Assembly: GCA_963804165.1 (NCBI GenBank)
Contig: CAWDPO010000046.1
Span: forward strand, 1-64,000
Length of the DNA stretch: 64,000 nt
Direction of reading: 5' to 3'
DNA from: an uncultured delta proteobacterium
Lineage (GTDB): Bacteria; Desulfobacterota; Binatia; UBA9968
The notes below the pieces were generated by a model. That model had not been told where the DNA came from, made no database searches, and saw nothing but the letters and a program-made list of their open reading frames with translations. Each line of letters starts with the position of its first letter. Position 1 is the first letter of the stretch. Positions 1 to 12,536 of the stretch are shown here, in pieces. The translations under genes were made by a program, and so were the position numbers.

Positions 1-855
1 TTAAAGGCTCGAGTCGTAATCTTGAGCGCTTTTGTCTTCGAGCATGCGCGGCTGCTGCTGTTATCAAAAACCCGCTCGCGCCGGTTCTCCAAAGGATTGG
101 CGAACAGCAGCGGCTACGTCGGCCGAAATATTATGGCTCATGGCGACGTGCGCGCCTTGGGCGCATTCGACGATTGCATAATCAACGGGTTTATCGGGCC
201 CCGGTTCAGCGGCGATGCGCATCGACGATTTCAACGGCAATAACTTCGATCACACCGGCCTGGGTTTTATTCGTGGCGGAACGATCGGCACCAGCGGCGA
301 GGGGACGCCGGTGACTCGATTCGACGTGTTGCCGCCCGACGTGCGCTCGTGGGGCAAAGAATTCAAGGATTTTTACACCCGTTACTACACTCGCACGATG
401 GATCTGAACATGCAGCCGGAAACACTGCCACACAAGGCCAACCGCGTCGATCTCGACCCGCGCCGGCGCGACCGCTGGGGCCTGCCGCTGCCGCGGGTGA
501 CTTTCGAATTTCATCGGAACGAGCTCGGCTGCAAAAATTCATAGCGGGCGTCGGTGAGAAAATCATGCGTGCCACCGGCGCCAGTAAAGTGTGGACGGAA
601 GAAAAGGGCCGGCCCAATCGCTGGGCCGGCGGCACAAGGATGGGCGCCGATCCAAGGAATTCGGTAGTGAATGAGTATTGTCAGACTCACGATATTCCGA
701 ATCTGTTCATCGTTGGCTCTTCGGTGTTTCCGACCATGGCGGGATATCCGCCGACGGCGACCGTGGCGGCGCTGAGTTATCGCACGGCGGAATTTATTCT
801 CCGGCAGAAGCAGTGGTTCGAGTGGAAATTTCTGGCTCGGCGAGAGATGAGGTAG
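1..855 (+). CDS. GMC-family oxidoreductase (gluconate 2-dehydrogenase flavoprotein-like), C-terminal part, frameshifted
   Basis: Stitched from ORFs 22..243, 215..544 and 349..855: RLLLLSK...GLANSSGYVGRN, ETLPHKANRVDLDP..RDRWGLPLPRVTF, GGTRMGADPRNSVVNEYCQTHDIPNLFIVGSSVFPT (GMC C-terminal motif). The start lies outside the window. Confidence 0.85.
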
Positions 856-903
856 AATGCAGTCCTGCAGCTATTCCTGGCAAACAAACTGTTGAGGAGC
901 GAC

Positions 904-1931
904 ATGAAGCGAATCGTAATTTGTTTTGACGGGACATGGAACAAACCGGCGGATGAAGCTTTATCGGCCAAACAACCGGTGGAAACCAACGTCTGTCGTT
1001 TTATAGGTCTGTAAAGGAAAGCGTGTGGATGGCACCAAGCAAGTAAAGTGGTACGACCAAGGTGTGGGCACCAAGTGGTACGACCGATTCATCGGCAGGC
1101 GCGATCGGCGCCGGACTGGAACTGAACATCGTACAAGGTTACGAATTTTTGCCAAAAAATACGAAGCAGGAGATGAAGTTTATCGTGCTGGGCTTCAGCC
1201 GTGGCGCCTACACGGCGCGCAGCCTGGTGGGGATGATTCGCAACTGCGGTTTAATTTTCCAAAGCATCTGGCGCTAAGCGTCGCGATGGCTTACGGGATT
1301 TATCGAACGCGCGAGGATAACGTCGATTCTTTTACCGCGAAAATTTTTCGCTCCTCCTTCAGCAGGGAGATTAAGATCAAGTTTGTCGGAGTTTGGGATA
1401 CCGTCGGCGCGCTCGGCATACCGCTGCGACATTCTCAAGGATGTCAATATGAAATTTTACGAATTTCACGACACCAATTTGAGCGACATCGTCAAAATGC
1501 CTACCACGCGCGTCGCTATCGATGAGCATCGGCAGGATTATACGTGTGCTTATGGAATCCCGAAACCGCGCCGCATCAAACGCTGGAGCAACGCTGGTTC
1601 ATCGGCGCCCATTGCGACATCGGCGGAGGTTATCGGAATCGGCGACTTTCGGACATAGCGCTGCATTGGATGCAGCAGAAAGCGAGCGCATTGGGCCTGG
1701 CGGCGGATGCGGTGCAAGTCGGACCGAAGAATTACCTTGGTGAGTACACCGATTCTTATGCCAAATTTCTTGGCGGGATTTACGCGAAGAAAAATCCGCG
1801 GCATTATCGCGCGATCCTTGCGACCAAGTTCGGAACGAAGTCATCGACGAATCCGTGCAAAGCGACGCAAGGAAGACCGCGATTACGAGCCGCAGAATAA
1901 CGGACTGCCAAATCAGTTAAACGCGGTGTGA
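904..1931 (+). CDS. DUF2235 / Tle1-like alpha/beta hydrolase domain protein, multiply frameshifted
   Basis: ATG at 904 gives MKRIVICFDGTWN. Successive frames carry YDQGVGT, GFSRGAYTAR, GVWDTVGALGIP, AIDEHR and WFIGAHCDIGGGY, all DUF2235 motifs. Confidence 0.85.
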
Positions 1932-1939
1932 TCTTCTTG

Positions 1940-2792
1940 ATGCGCGCGCGAAAATTATTGGCCGTGACGATATAGCCTTGGTCGCGCTAGGGCTGTGGGC
2001 GTTTTGGCTCGAGCCGTCAAGTCTGCACAACAAAAATCATGTGATCACTTTATCATCATGGCCGACAAAGTGCGATGACATCCGAGTCGCCATGCTGGCT
2101 GATCTGCACGTCGGGTCACCGTACAACGATGTCGATAAGCTGCGAGCGGATCGTGGATATGACTCTGGCGGCCAAACCGGATCTCATATTGCTTTTTGGC
2201 GATTATGTCATTCATGGAGTCGTAGGCGGAAAATTTGTCGAGCCGGAGGAACTCGTCCGAAGCTTGGGTCGTTTATCCGCGCCCGCGGGGGTGTTCGCGG
2301 TGCTAGGGAATCACGACCGGTGGTATTTCGCAAAGCGGATGGAAAATGCGATCGATTCGGCGGGCATATCGGTGCTCGAAGATGCCGCCGTGTCGATCAG
2401 GTCAAAGCAGTGCGAATTTTCGCTGGTGGGATTGAGCGACTTTTTGGACCGGACCACGTGATTATCGCGCGGTACTGGCAAAATTGCCGCCCCGTGAGCC
2501 CGCCCTCGCATTCACCCACAATCCGGATCTCTTTCCCGTTCTACCAGGAAACGTGGATTTGATTTTCGCCGGTCATACGCATGGCGGGCAGGTCTATTTT
2601 CCCCTGCTCGGAAGCCTCATCGTGCCGTCACGCTATGGCCAGCGCTATGCCATCGGGCATATTGTGGAAAATGGCCGTCATCTTTTCGTCAGCCCCGGAC
2701 TTGGCACCAGCATCCTACCCGTACGCTTTTTGGTGCCGCCGGAAGTTTCAGTCGTCACGATTCGCTCGGAGTCTTCCCAGCGTCCGAGCTAA
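1940..2792 (+). CDS. Metallophosphoesterase (YkuE/YaeI-like), frameshifted
   Basis: Motifs ADLHVG, GDYV, LGNHD, HNPD and GHTHGGQ occur across ORFs 1978.., 2075.. and 2484..2792. Confidence 0.88.
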
Positions 2793-2889
2793 ACAGGAAT
2801 AACCTTAGAATTCGCTCAAGGATCGAAAGACGAATGTTACTCACTCGCAGTCGATTTGATTCTTGATCGACTGCCTTGAGATGAAACCA

Positions 2890-3553
2890 ATGGCAACACC
2901 GCTCGATATCCTCGTCACCGGCGGCACCGGTTACATCGGTCACGAATCTAATCCCGTCTGTTGATTGGCGCGCGGTCATCGCGTGCGCGTGCTGGCCCGC
3001 GCGAATCCGCCAACAGTGCCGGCGGGTGCGACCGCTGTCGTGGGCGATGCGCTCAACGCTGATTCGATCGCCGCGGCGCTTACGCGCCGGCGACACGTTG
3101 ATCCATCTCGTCGGCACGCCGCATCCGTCGCCGAGCAAGGCCGATCAGTTCGAAAAAGTCGATCTGATGTTCCATTCGCGCCACCGTGGATGCGGCGCAA
3201 CGGGTGGGATTTCCCATCTCGTTTACGTGAGCGTCGCTCAACCGGCGCCGATAATGCAGGCCTATCTTTGGGTGCGTTCGCTCGGCGAAGCGATGATTCG
3301 CGAGGCGCGGACTAACCGCGACGATCGTGCGGCCATGGTACGTGCTTGGTCCGGGCCGTCGTGGCCGAAGGCGATCATGCCGCTCTACAAACTTGCCGAA
3401 ATGATTCCGGCGACGCGCGCGACGGCGGAGCGCTTGGGCTTGGTGACCATCGAGCAGTTCGTCAACGCCATGGTCCGCGGAGCGGAGAATCCGCCGGCGA
3501 GCGGACAACGGAGAATCGTCGATGTGCCGGCGATCAGACGCGCTCGCCTGTAA
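2890..3553 (+). CDS. NAD(P)-dependent epimerase/SDR-like protein, frameshifted
   Basis: DNA at 2890 reads MATPLDILVTGGTGYIG (Rossmann motif). Continues as RGHRVRVLAR..VVGDAL, LIHLVGTPHPSP, HLVYVSVAQPAP. Confidence 0.8.
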
Positions 3554-3562
3554 AATACGGCA

Positions 3563-3884
3563 ATGCCGGTCGACGTCAGAAATATTTTTTCTCAATCTAC
3601 CCGACAGACTCGACGCGGAGCAGTTTCTAACATTATTCCAAAACGCCTCTGTCAAGATCGAGCGAATTGTCTCGCATTCGCACCGTAGCCCGGAAAATTA
3701 TTGGTACGACGAGGTCGAAGAAGAGTGGGTGATCGTCTTGCGCGGCACCGCGACTCTAGAATTTGCCGGTGGTGACCTGGTTGAATTGCGCGCGGGTGAT
3801 TATCTCACGATTGCGCCCCATACGCGCCACCGGATCGCGCGCACCGGCGAAGAAACGATCTGGCTCGCGGTGCATGTCAAATAG
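3563..3884 (+). CDS. Cupin domain protein
   Basis: KIERIVS..WYDEVEEEWVIVLRGTATLEF...GDYLTIAPHTRHRI..TIWLAVH. The ATG at 3563 needs one indel in the T-run near 3585. Confidence 0.85.
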
Positions 3885-3891
3885 GACGGCA

Positions 3892-3989
3892 GCCGTTCAA
3901 AGTTCCGTGTTCAACGTTCGAAGTTCGGGATAACGATCACTGCGTGGGTACGAAGACCTTGAACATTGAACGTTGAACCTTGAACCGGC
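3892..3989. repeat. Inverted pair of 7-nt tandem repeat tracts (GTTCAAN / NTTGAAC) between convergent genes
   Basis: gttcaaa gttccgt gttcaac gttcgaa gttcggg ... ttgaaca ttgaacg ttgaacc ttgaacc. Can fold into a long hairpin. Confidence 0.8.
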
Positions 3990-3990
3990 A

Positions 3991-5254
3991 TTAAGTAATT
4001 TTCGGCTGCGCCCACGGTTTGCCGAGAACGCTATAAAACGCTCCTGAAAGAAAAAACATCACCACAAGCCCCCAGAGCATCGGTTCGTAGGTATTCCATT
4101 GGTCCCAGATCGCGCCGGCGAGCACCGGGCCGATGACGCTGCCCCAGACGTAAAAGACACTCATGTAGCCGCGAATCTTGGCGAAGTGCTTGCGGCCGAA
4201 GATATCGCCGACCATCGCCCATGCGACCGGATACGTCGCTTCGACCGTCGTAAAGAGCAGGATAAAAATCCCAGATGGCCGATGGAGCTGCCGAAGATCA
4301 GGAGCAACATAGAAACCCCGGCGGTGAACAGAATCAAGGACACCAAGCGCGGCTTGTTCATGGTATCGGCGAGCCAGCCGAATAAAAGGGTGGATGCAAA
4401 CCCAGAAAGGCAAAAGAGCTGAGCAGGAAAGTCGCCTGCTGCAGGCTCATGCCTTTCCAGATCATCAGCGGAATAAAGTGTGTCGAGATTGCATGGTAAG
4501 CCGCGTTTCGCACGCCGGCGCCGAAGACCAGCGCCCAGAAAGCAAACGAGCGCATCGCTTGACCGGCGGTGACTTCGGCCTCGTGAACGGCGCGTCGGGC
4601 GCCGCCGATTTTTCCGCTGTATCCGGGGTGGTATCGCGTCGCCGTCGGGCCGAAGTCCCATGCTCTCGGGCGATCGGCGAATGGTCAGGCAGAGCGGTAA
4701 GCCGATCACGAGAAATGCTATCCCGGCTACGGCGGCGCCCCAACGCCAACCCCAGGCTGTGCACGATCAAGCTCAGCACGGGAGCGAGCAAGCACGCCAC
4801 CGAGGCCGTAAGCGGCGCTGTTGATCGTCATGGCGCGGGCGCGCAGGCGAATGAACCAGGTGTTGGTGAGAGCCATCGGCGCGTGCATGAAGCCGCCGGA
4901 GTGGGCGAGCGAGATCAAGCCGGTATAAACCAACACGAAACGCGACGTAGCTATCGACCTGGGAGAGCAAGAGATAGCCGACGCCCATCGAGCGAGACCG
5001 CCGCGAGCATCACCGGCCGCGGGCCCATAGCGGTCAAGCAAGTGGCCGACGATCGGTCCTTCGATCGCGCCTTCGGCGCGGGAGAGGGAAAACGCGAAAG
5101 AAGTCGCGGTGCGGCTGAGATTGAGTTCTTGGCTGAGCGGCAAGAAGAAAACAGTGAAGCCGTAGCTGTGCAAGCCTGCGCCTAGAAGACGCACAGCCGA
5201 GGAAGCGGCTACCATGCGCCAGCCGTAAAAAAGTCCGGTGAGTTTATTGATCAT
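3991..5254 (-). CDS. MFS transporter, frameshifted
   Basis: FYGWRMVAAS..GFTVFFLPLSQELNLSRTATS..GHLLDRYGP, then GWLADTMNK, then MVGDIFGRKHFAKIRG..GPVLAGAIWD, split over several frames. Confidence 0.85.
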
Positions 5255-5399
5255 GCGATCTTGGTTAGAATCGGTCAGATGAAAAGATGGTCAAGGCTCG
5301 AATGCTCAGGGGAGCAGGCAGGAGACCGACGGAATCAGTTTCGACAACATTTGACGGCCGAGCGCTGCTCGCCGCCCTGCGCGGTTAATTCCGCGATGA

Positions 5400-6481
5400 T
5401 TACTCGGATTCGCCGTTGGCCGCGGCTTTTACCCGCCGTTCACGTGCGGCGCTGGCGAGCGTGTCGATCAGGGCGTGAGTGTCTTCCCAGCCGACGCAGC
5501 CATCCGTGATGCTTTGACCGTACGCGAGGGCTTTGCCCGGGATCAAATCCTGGCGGCCGGCTTTGAGATGGCTTTCCACCATAATCCCGAAAATCCGCGC
5601 GTCGCCGGCGGAGACCTGCGCCGCGACGTCCTGGCCGACGGTTACTTGTTTGGCCGGATCTTTGCCGCTGTTGCCGTGGCTGCAGTCGATCATGATGCGC
5701 GCCGGGATGCCGGCTTCGGCCAGACTCTTCGCCGCGGCGTCGACATTGGCGGCGTCAAAGTTCGGCTGTTTCCCACCGCGCAAAATGATATGGCAATCCT
5801 CATTGCCGGCGGTTGAGACGATTGCCGAGTGGCCCGCCTTGGTGACCGACAGAAAATGATGGGGTGCCTGGGCGGCGCGAATCGCATCCAGGGCGATGCG
5901 TACGTTGCCGTCGGTGCCATTTTTGAAGCCGACGGGGCAAGAAAGACCCGAAGCGAGCTCGCGGTGCACTTGGCTTTCCGTGGTGCGCGCGCCGATGGCG
6001 CCCCAGGAAACCAGATCGGCGAAATATTGCGGCGTGATCATGTCGAGAAATTCGCACCCCGCGGGCATGCCCTCTTCGTTCAATTCCAGTAAAAGTTTTC
6101 GCGCCAGGTGCAGCCCGTCGTTGATCTGGAAACTGCCGTCGAGATTCGGGTCGTTGATCAAGCCCTTCCAGCCGACTGTGGTGCGCGGTTTCTCAAAATA
6201 GACGCGCATGACGATCAGCAGATCGGCGGCGCAACGGTGCTTGGCGTCTTTGAGCCGGGCGGCATATTCTTTGGCCGCCTTCGTGTCGTGGATCGAGCAC
6301 GGGCCCATGATCGCGAGCAAACGATCGTCCGCGCCGTGCAGAATGCGGTGAATCTCTTGGCGGGCATCAAAAACAGTCTTGGCCGCTTTCTCCGTGATCG
6401 GATAATCAGCCGAGCAGCTTGCGCCGGCGGTAGCAATTCTTTGATTTCCTTGATTCTGAGATCGTCGGTTTGGTACTTCAT
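5400..6481 (-). CDS. aroG: 3-deoxy-7-phosphoheptulonate (DAHP) synthase, class I (one frameshift near 6410)
   Basis: MKYQTDDLRIKEIKELLPP N-terminus plus GPCSIHD, MRVYFEKPRTTVGWKGLINDP, GARTTESQVHRELASGLSCPVGFKNGTDG, DCSHGNS, YGQSITDGC. Confidence 0.95.
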
Positions 6482-6610
6482 TGGAGTCAATTCGCGTTTA
6501 ATCCGGTTATTATAGACAAAAAACTCGCGCAAATGCTATTCGCGATCATTGCGGTGTCCCTGGCACCGCTTTCGATCGGGCTCCACATCAGGGGAAATTT
6601 TCATCGCCTC

Positions 6611-6861
6611 CCAGCGTCCCGCCTCAGGAGTTCGCTGCATAATTCGCGCGTCATTCTGTCAGAAAATCTCCCCTGCCCCTCTTTGTCAAAGAGGGTTAGA
6701 GCTCTACGGAGTCAACCTCCTTTCTAAATACTTTTCCAAACAGTGGATAGAATCCTGCGAAGAAAACTCCCCCTTTGAAAAAGGGGGACAAAGGGGGATT
6801 CGAGTTCACCCAGCGGCTGCCGTCGATTGGACTTAAACGAACTCGTGAGACGCCACTCTAG
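6611..6861. mobile_element. MITE-like repeat, copy 1 (empty), with ~24-bp imperfect TIRs and internal palindromes
   Basis: Left end CCAGCGTCCCGCCTCAGGAGTTCG vs reverse complement of right end CTAGAGTGGCGTCTCACGAGTTCG (18/24). Internal CCCCTCTTTGTCAAAGAGGG and CCCCCTTTGAAAAAGGGGG. Homologous to 31917..33555. Confidence 0.75.
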
Positions 6862-6914
6862 ATTCCTCGGCCGCTCCAGAGCTGTCGAGGTACACGGATT
6901 TTGTTTCCGGAGCG

Positions 6915-8144
6915 TTAGCGTTCTAAGGTTTCCCGCGCAACCACGGCGAGCAAAATCGCCGACAAGACCAAGAGCGGCGCGTACGCCAAAAACGGCACGC
7001 CGGGATTGAACGCATCGGCGAGCACTCCACCGAGCAGGGGCGCTGCGACGCCGCCGATCTCGGCAATGGTGCGGCGCGCTGCTTGGAGCCGGCCGCGCGC
7101 GTATGCCGGGACCACGTCGAAGGTCGACGTCGCCAGCGATCCGAGCGAGAGACCGTTGGCGATGCCCAGAAAAGAAATCAGTACGGCGAGCTGAGAAAAA
7201 TTCTGCGCAAAGGGGATGAGCAGAAAGGCGATGGCCGGAATGCCTGTGCTCGGCACCGTCGCCCATTTGCGACCGACTTTGTCGATGACAAATCCCGCGG
7301 GCAGGATCATGGCAAAAACCGAAAATCCCGAGATTGTAAACAGCATGCCGATGTCTTTAGGCGAGAGACCGAGTTGCGCGCTTGCCAGCAACGGCAGCAT
7401 GCTCTGAGTCGTTACTCGGTGCATAAAGCTCGTCAACGTTGCGAAGGTCAGCACTGTATAGGTGGCGCGCAGGTCGGGGTCGATCTGCAAAAATAAATCC
7501 TTCAAGCCGCGCAGCCGTTGAGCCAGCGCGCCGAGGCTCCAGCACGATCCGCTCGTAGGTTTCTCGGTATGGGCCGGCGGCGCGCTGATCACGGAAGCGC
7601 CTAAAAGAACCGAGGCGATGGAGCATGCGGCGTAGCTAAAGAAAACCGCGCGGAAGCCGACCGTCTCGGTGAGCAATCCGCCGAAGAGCGGGCCCAACGC
7701 GAGGCCGAGATTGTTGATGCCGTGAAAACCGCTCAAGACCCGGCCGCGTTGATCCTGGCGCGCGAGATCGATGCCGGCGACTTCGCGAGCGATGACCCAG
7801 ATGCTTTCGCCGATGCCGATCACGAAAACCAAAGCCAAGATCATACCGAACCAAGGCGTGATGCCGGCCAGCAGAGCAGCGGCACAAACCAGCGCTGGCC
7901 CTGAAGTGAGCGCGGCGCGAGTCCCCAGGCGGTCGAGCACCATGCCGCTGAGCGGCATGCCGGTGAACCTGCCGAGCGCGAGCGCAGTAATGATCTGCGC
8001 CGCAGTGCCGGGACTGATGCCGAACGATGTCGCCAGCACCGGAATGGCTGGAACGATCATCGACCACATGCCGGCGAGCAACGCACTCGTGTAGAGCGTG
8101 GTCAATCCTCGCGCCATCGGGCTGAGTTTGAACGGTGCGGTCAT
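6915..8144 (-). CDS. MFS transporter
   Basis: 409 aa, about 12 hydrophobic segments, motif A-like GMVLDRLGTR and GFVIDKVGRK. Confidence 0.9.
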   Translation of the reverse strand: MTAPFKLSPMARGLTTLYTSALLAGMWSMIVPAIPVLATSFGISPGTAAQIITALALGRFTGMPLSGMVLDRLGTRAALTSGPALVCAAALLAGITPWFGMILALVFVIGIGESIWVIAREVAGIDLARQDQRGRVLSGFHGINNLGLALGPLFGGLLTETVGFRAVFFSYAACSIASVLLGASVISAPPAHTEKPTSGSCWSLGALAQRLRGLKDLFLQIDPDLRATYTVLTFATLTSFMHRVTTQSMLPLLASAQLGLSPKDIGMLFTISGFSVFAMILPAGFVIDKVGRKWATVPSTGIPAIAFLLIPFAQNFSQLAVLISFLGIANGLSLGSLATSTFDVVPAYARGRLQAARRTIAEIGGVAAPLLGGVLADAFNPGVPFLAYAPLLVLSAILLAVVARETLER

Positions 8145-8491
8145 CGGCAGTGTTTCATAGTGTCGGCTCGAACACCCAGGTCGATTACTTCAGTAGCCAC
8201 TCCCTTGATCGGCTTCGCCAAACGCAAAACCGGGCGCCGTTAAGCGTCGAAATTTTTTTTCTCGCATGGTAAAGGGATGGCAACAGAGAGGATTAAATCA
8301 GACGCGCTGAATTAACCTCGTCGTCTTACTTGCCACGCATTTCGTGCGCGAGCAAGGTTTCCGCTTAGAAAGCCGATGCAGGTCATTACGAAAGTCCGTC
8401 CGCCGGCCAGCGCCGCGGCGACTCAACGCGCAATCGCCGATTGCTTGCGGCCTGTCGTTCACGAATAGTGCGATCCCGAAGAAAATAATTC

Positions 8492-11005
8492 ATGCGACCC
8501 ATCCGTTTCTACACCGGTGTGTTCTTGGTCAGCTTCGCCGCTTTGATGCTGGAAATCGTCCAGACGCGGATTCTTTCCGTTGTCGTCTGGTATCATTTGG
8601 CATTTTTCGTGATCAGCTTGGCGATGTTCGGATTAACCGCCGGCGCGGTGTGGGTCTATCTCAAAGGCGAGCGGTTCACGGAAAAAACTCTGTCCTACGA
8701 TCTCGGTTATTTCAGCGGCCTATTTGCGTTTGCGACCGCCGTTTGTCTCGCCGTGCAAATGACGCTTGCGCCGGTGATCACAAGACTGTTCACCACGCTA
8801 TGGATCTGGACCGAGCTCGCGCTTTGTCTTTCCGTTCCGTTCTTCTTCGCCGGCGTCACCATCAGTCTCGCCCTGACGCGCAGTTCCTACGCCATCGCCA
8901 AAGTGTACGGGGTCGATCTGTGGGCGCAGCGAGCGGAGCAGTCGGCGCCTTGTTGCTGTTGAACCTAACGGACGGGCCCTCGGCCGTGTTGTGGATAGCT
9001 GTGGTTGCAGCGATTTCCTCGATCGCGTTCTCAACGTCCGCAATCGGTGGATTGCCGGAAATCAAACCGCCGTTTCACCTGTGGCTTTGGCATCGGCAAT
9101 GGATTTTTCTCGTGCTGCTCTTGGCCGCCGTGATCAATCCTTATCTCGAACAGGGGCTTCAACCCGTTGTCGTTAAAGGCAAGTTCGAATTTCCCGGGAC
9201 CCACGCGCTGCGTAAATGGAACTCCTTTTCCCGAGTGGACGTCAGCCCGACGTTCAGAGGATCACCGATTATGTGGGGGCCGTCACCGAGGATGTTCGAC
9301 AAGCCCTGGGTCGCCGACCAGGTGGATTTATTCATCGACGGCGACGCTGGCACCACGGCTTATCGATTCGATGGCAATTTTGACGCCCTCGGGTTTTTGA
9401 AATATGACGTCACCAATCTTGCCTATTTTCTCCCCGGACGCGAACGCGGTGTCGTTGTCGGCGTCGGCGGCGGCCGGGACGTTTTGTCGGCGGCCCTCTT
9501 CGGCCTCAAGGAGATCACCGCGGTAGAACTGAACCCGATACTTGTCGACCTGCAAAAGAGCGTCGACGGTCTTTTGCCGTTCACAAATATCGCTCGGATC
9601 CCCGGAGTTCGGCTAATCGCAGACGAGGGTAGAAGCTGGCTGGCGCGGAGTCACGATTTCTTCGACGTGATCCAGATGAGCCTGGTCGACACGTGGGCGG
9701 CGACCGGCGCCGGCGCATTTACGCTCAGTGAAAATGGCCTGTACACCGTCGACGCGTGGAAGATCTTTCTCAGTCGTTTGACCCCGGGGTGTGCTGACCG
9801 TGAGCCGGTGGTACGAGCCGGCCTTTCCCGACGAAACCGGTCGCATGATCAGTTTAGCGGTGGCGACCCTGATGGAAGCGGGTGTACGCGAACCGCGACG
9901 CCATTTGTTTCTTACCGCGCAAAAGCGCATTGCGACTCTCGTCCTATCAAAGGCGCCGTTTTCAGCGGACGATGTCGAGGCATTAGAAAAAGCCTCGGCG
10001 ACTTATGAGCATGAAATCTTGATCACGCCCAGTCGCGCGCCGAGATCGAGCGTGCTATCGCGCATCGTCGACGCACCGGATCTGTCGGCTCTGTGGCGCT
10101 TCACTTCAAGTTTGCCGTTCGACTTGACGCCGCCGACGGATGGGCGGCCGTTCTTTTTCAATCAACTGCCGCTGTCGCGGCCGCTGCAGGCGTTTGCCTT
10201 CGCGCGCGGGGTTTTGGCGACGACCTCCGAGGGGGGCGGCGTGCGCCGCGGCAATCTCGTCGCCACGGTCACGCTCATGATTCTTTTCTTTATTGCTTTG
10301 CTGCTCGTCGTGGCCGCGCTGGTCATCCCGCTGCGCGGCGCATTGGAAGACGTCGGTGCTCGTCTCGTGACCCACGGCACACTGTATTTTTCCCTGATCG
10401 GCGCCGGCTTCATGATGATCGAGATCGGCCTGCTGCAACGCATGAGCATCTTCCTCGGCCATCCGGTCTATTCTTTGAGCGTACTGCTGTTCACGCTCAT
10501 ACTGTCGACGGGCGTGGGGAGCTTCCTATCGGAGAAATTGCCTCTCGACAGCAGGGCTCGGCTTTTTGCCTGGGGCGTTGCCACCGGCGTCTATGGTCTA
10601 GCTTTGCCGTTTTGTTTGGGACCCGTGTTCACGGCATTTGACGATAGTGCGCTCGCCGGGCGAATCGCCTTATGCGTCGCATTCACCGCCCCAGCGGGTA
10701 TTCTCTTGGGCTTCGGTTTTCCCACCGGCATGCGTTTGATTTCGGCGATCGATCCTAAGCCGACTCCGTGGTTTTGGGGAATCAACGGCGCGGCGGGAGT
10801 GCTCGCTTCGATCGGCGCCATCGCGCTTAGTCTTGCGCTGGGAATCAGCGCGACGCTCGTGGTCGGAGCGCTATGCTATTTCCTTTTGATTCCGGTCTCT
10901 TCAGCTTTGCTGCAACATCAGTCGATAACCGCTACAAAAAAAATCGCGAAGCGGCAGGACGCCGCGCGCAAAACAACGCGATCACCTGTTGCCCGTTCAC
11001 GCTGA
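8492..11005 (+). CDS. Polytopic membrane protein with spermidine-synthase-like SAM-dependent domain, frameshifted (~8925, ~9785)
   Basis: N-terminal LMLEIVQTRILSVVVWYHLAF; WNSFSRVDV; IDGDAGT; VGVGGGRDVLSA..AVELNP; DEGRSWL; LSENGLYTVDAW; C-terminal GAGFMMIEIGLLQRMSIFLGHPVYS...PWFWGINGAAGV. Confidence 0.8.
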
Positions 11006-11074
11006 AGTTTTCTCGGATCGCGATGAATTGCAGTCGGTCCAATGACAACAGAGCGGCGCTACCTGTCGGTTGGA

Positions 11075-12466
<1,392 letters not shown>

Positions 12467-12536
12467 ATGCGCCAAGTATCGGATAAATTAGCGCGGTGTC
12501 AACCGGCGCAGGATCGGCAATCGCGCGCGAATATCC

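Noticed and set aside
904-1931. Tle1-like gene as evidence of a type VI secretion effector locus
   Set aside because: No vgrG, PAAR or immunity genes nearby; stand-alone DUF2235 proteins are common.
1-11005. Dense frameshifts in many consecutive genes, suggesting mass pseudogenisation or programmed frameshifting
   Set aside because: The breaks are single-base indels without accumulated nonsense codons, affect even aroG, and thin out along the window. This fits long-read consensus error. No consistent slippery motif was seen.
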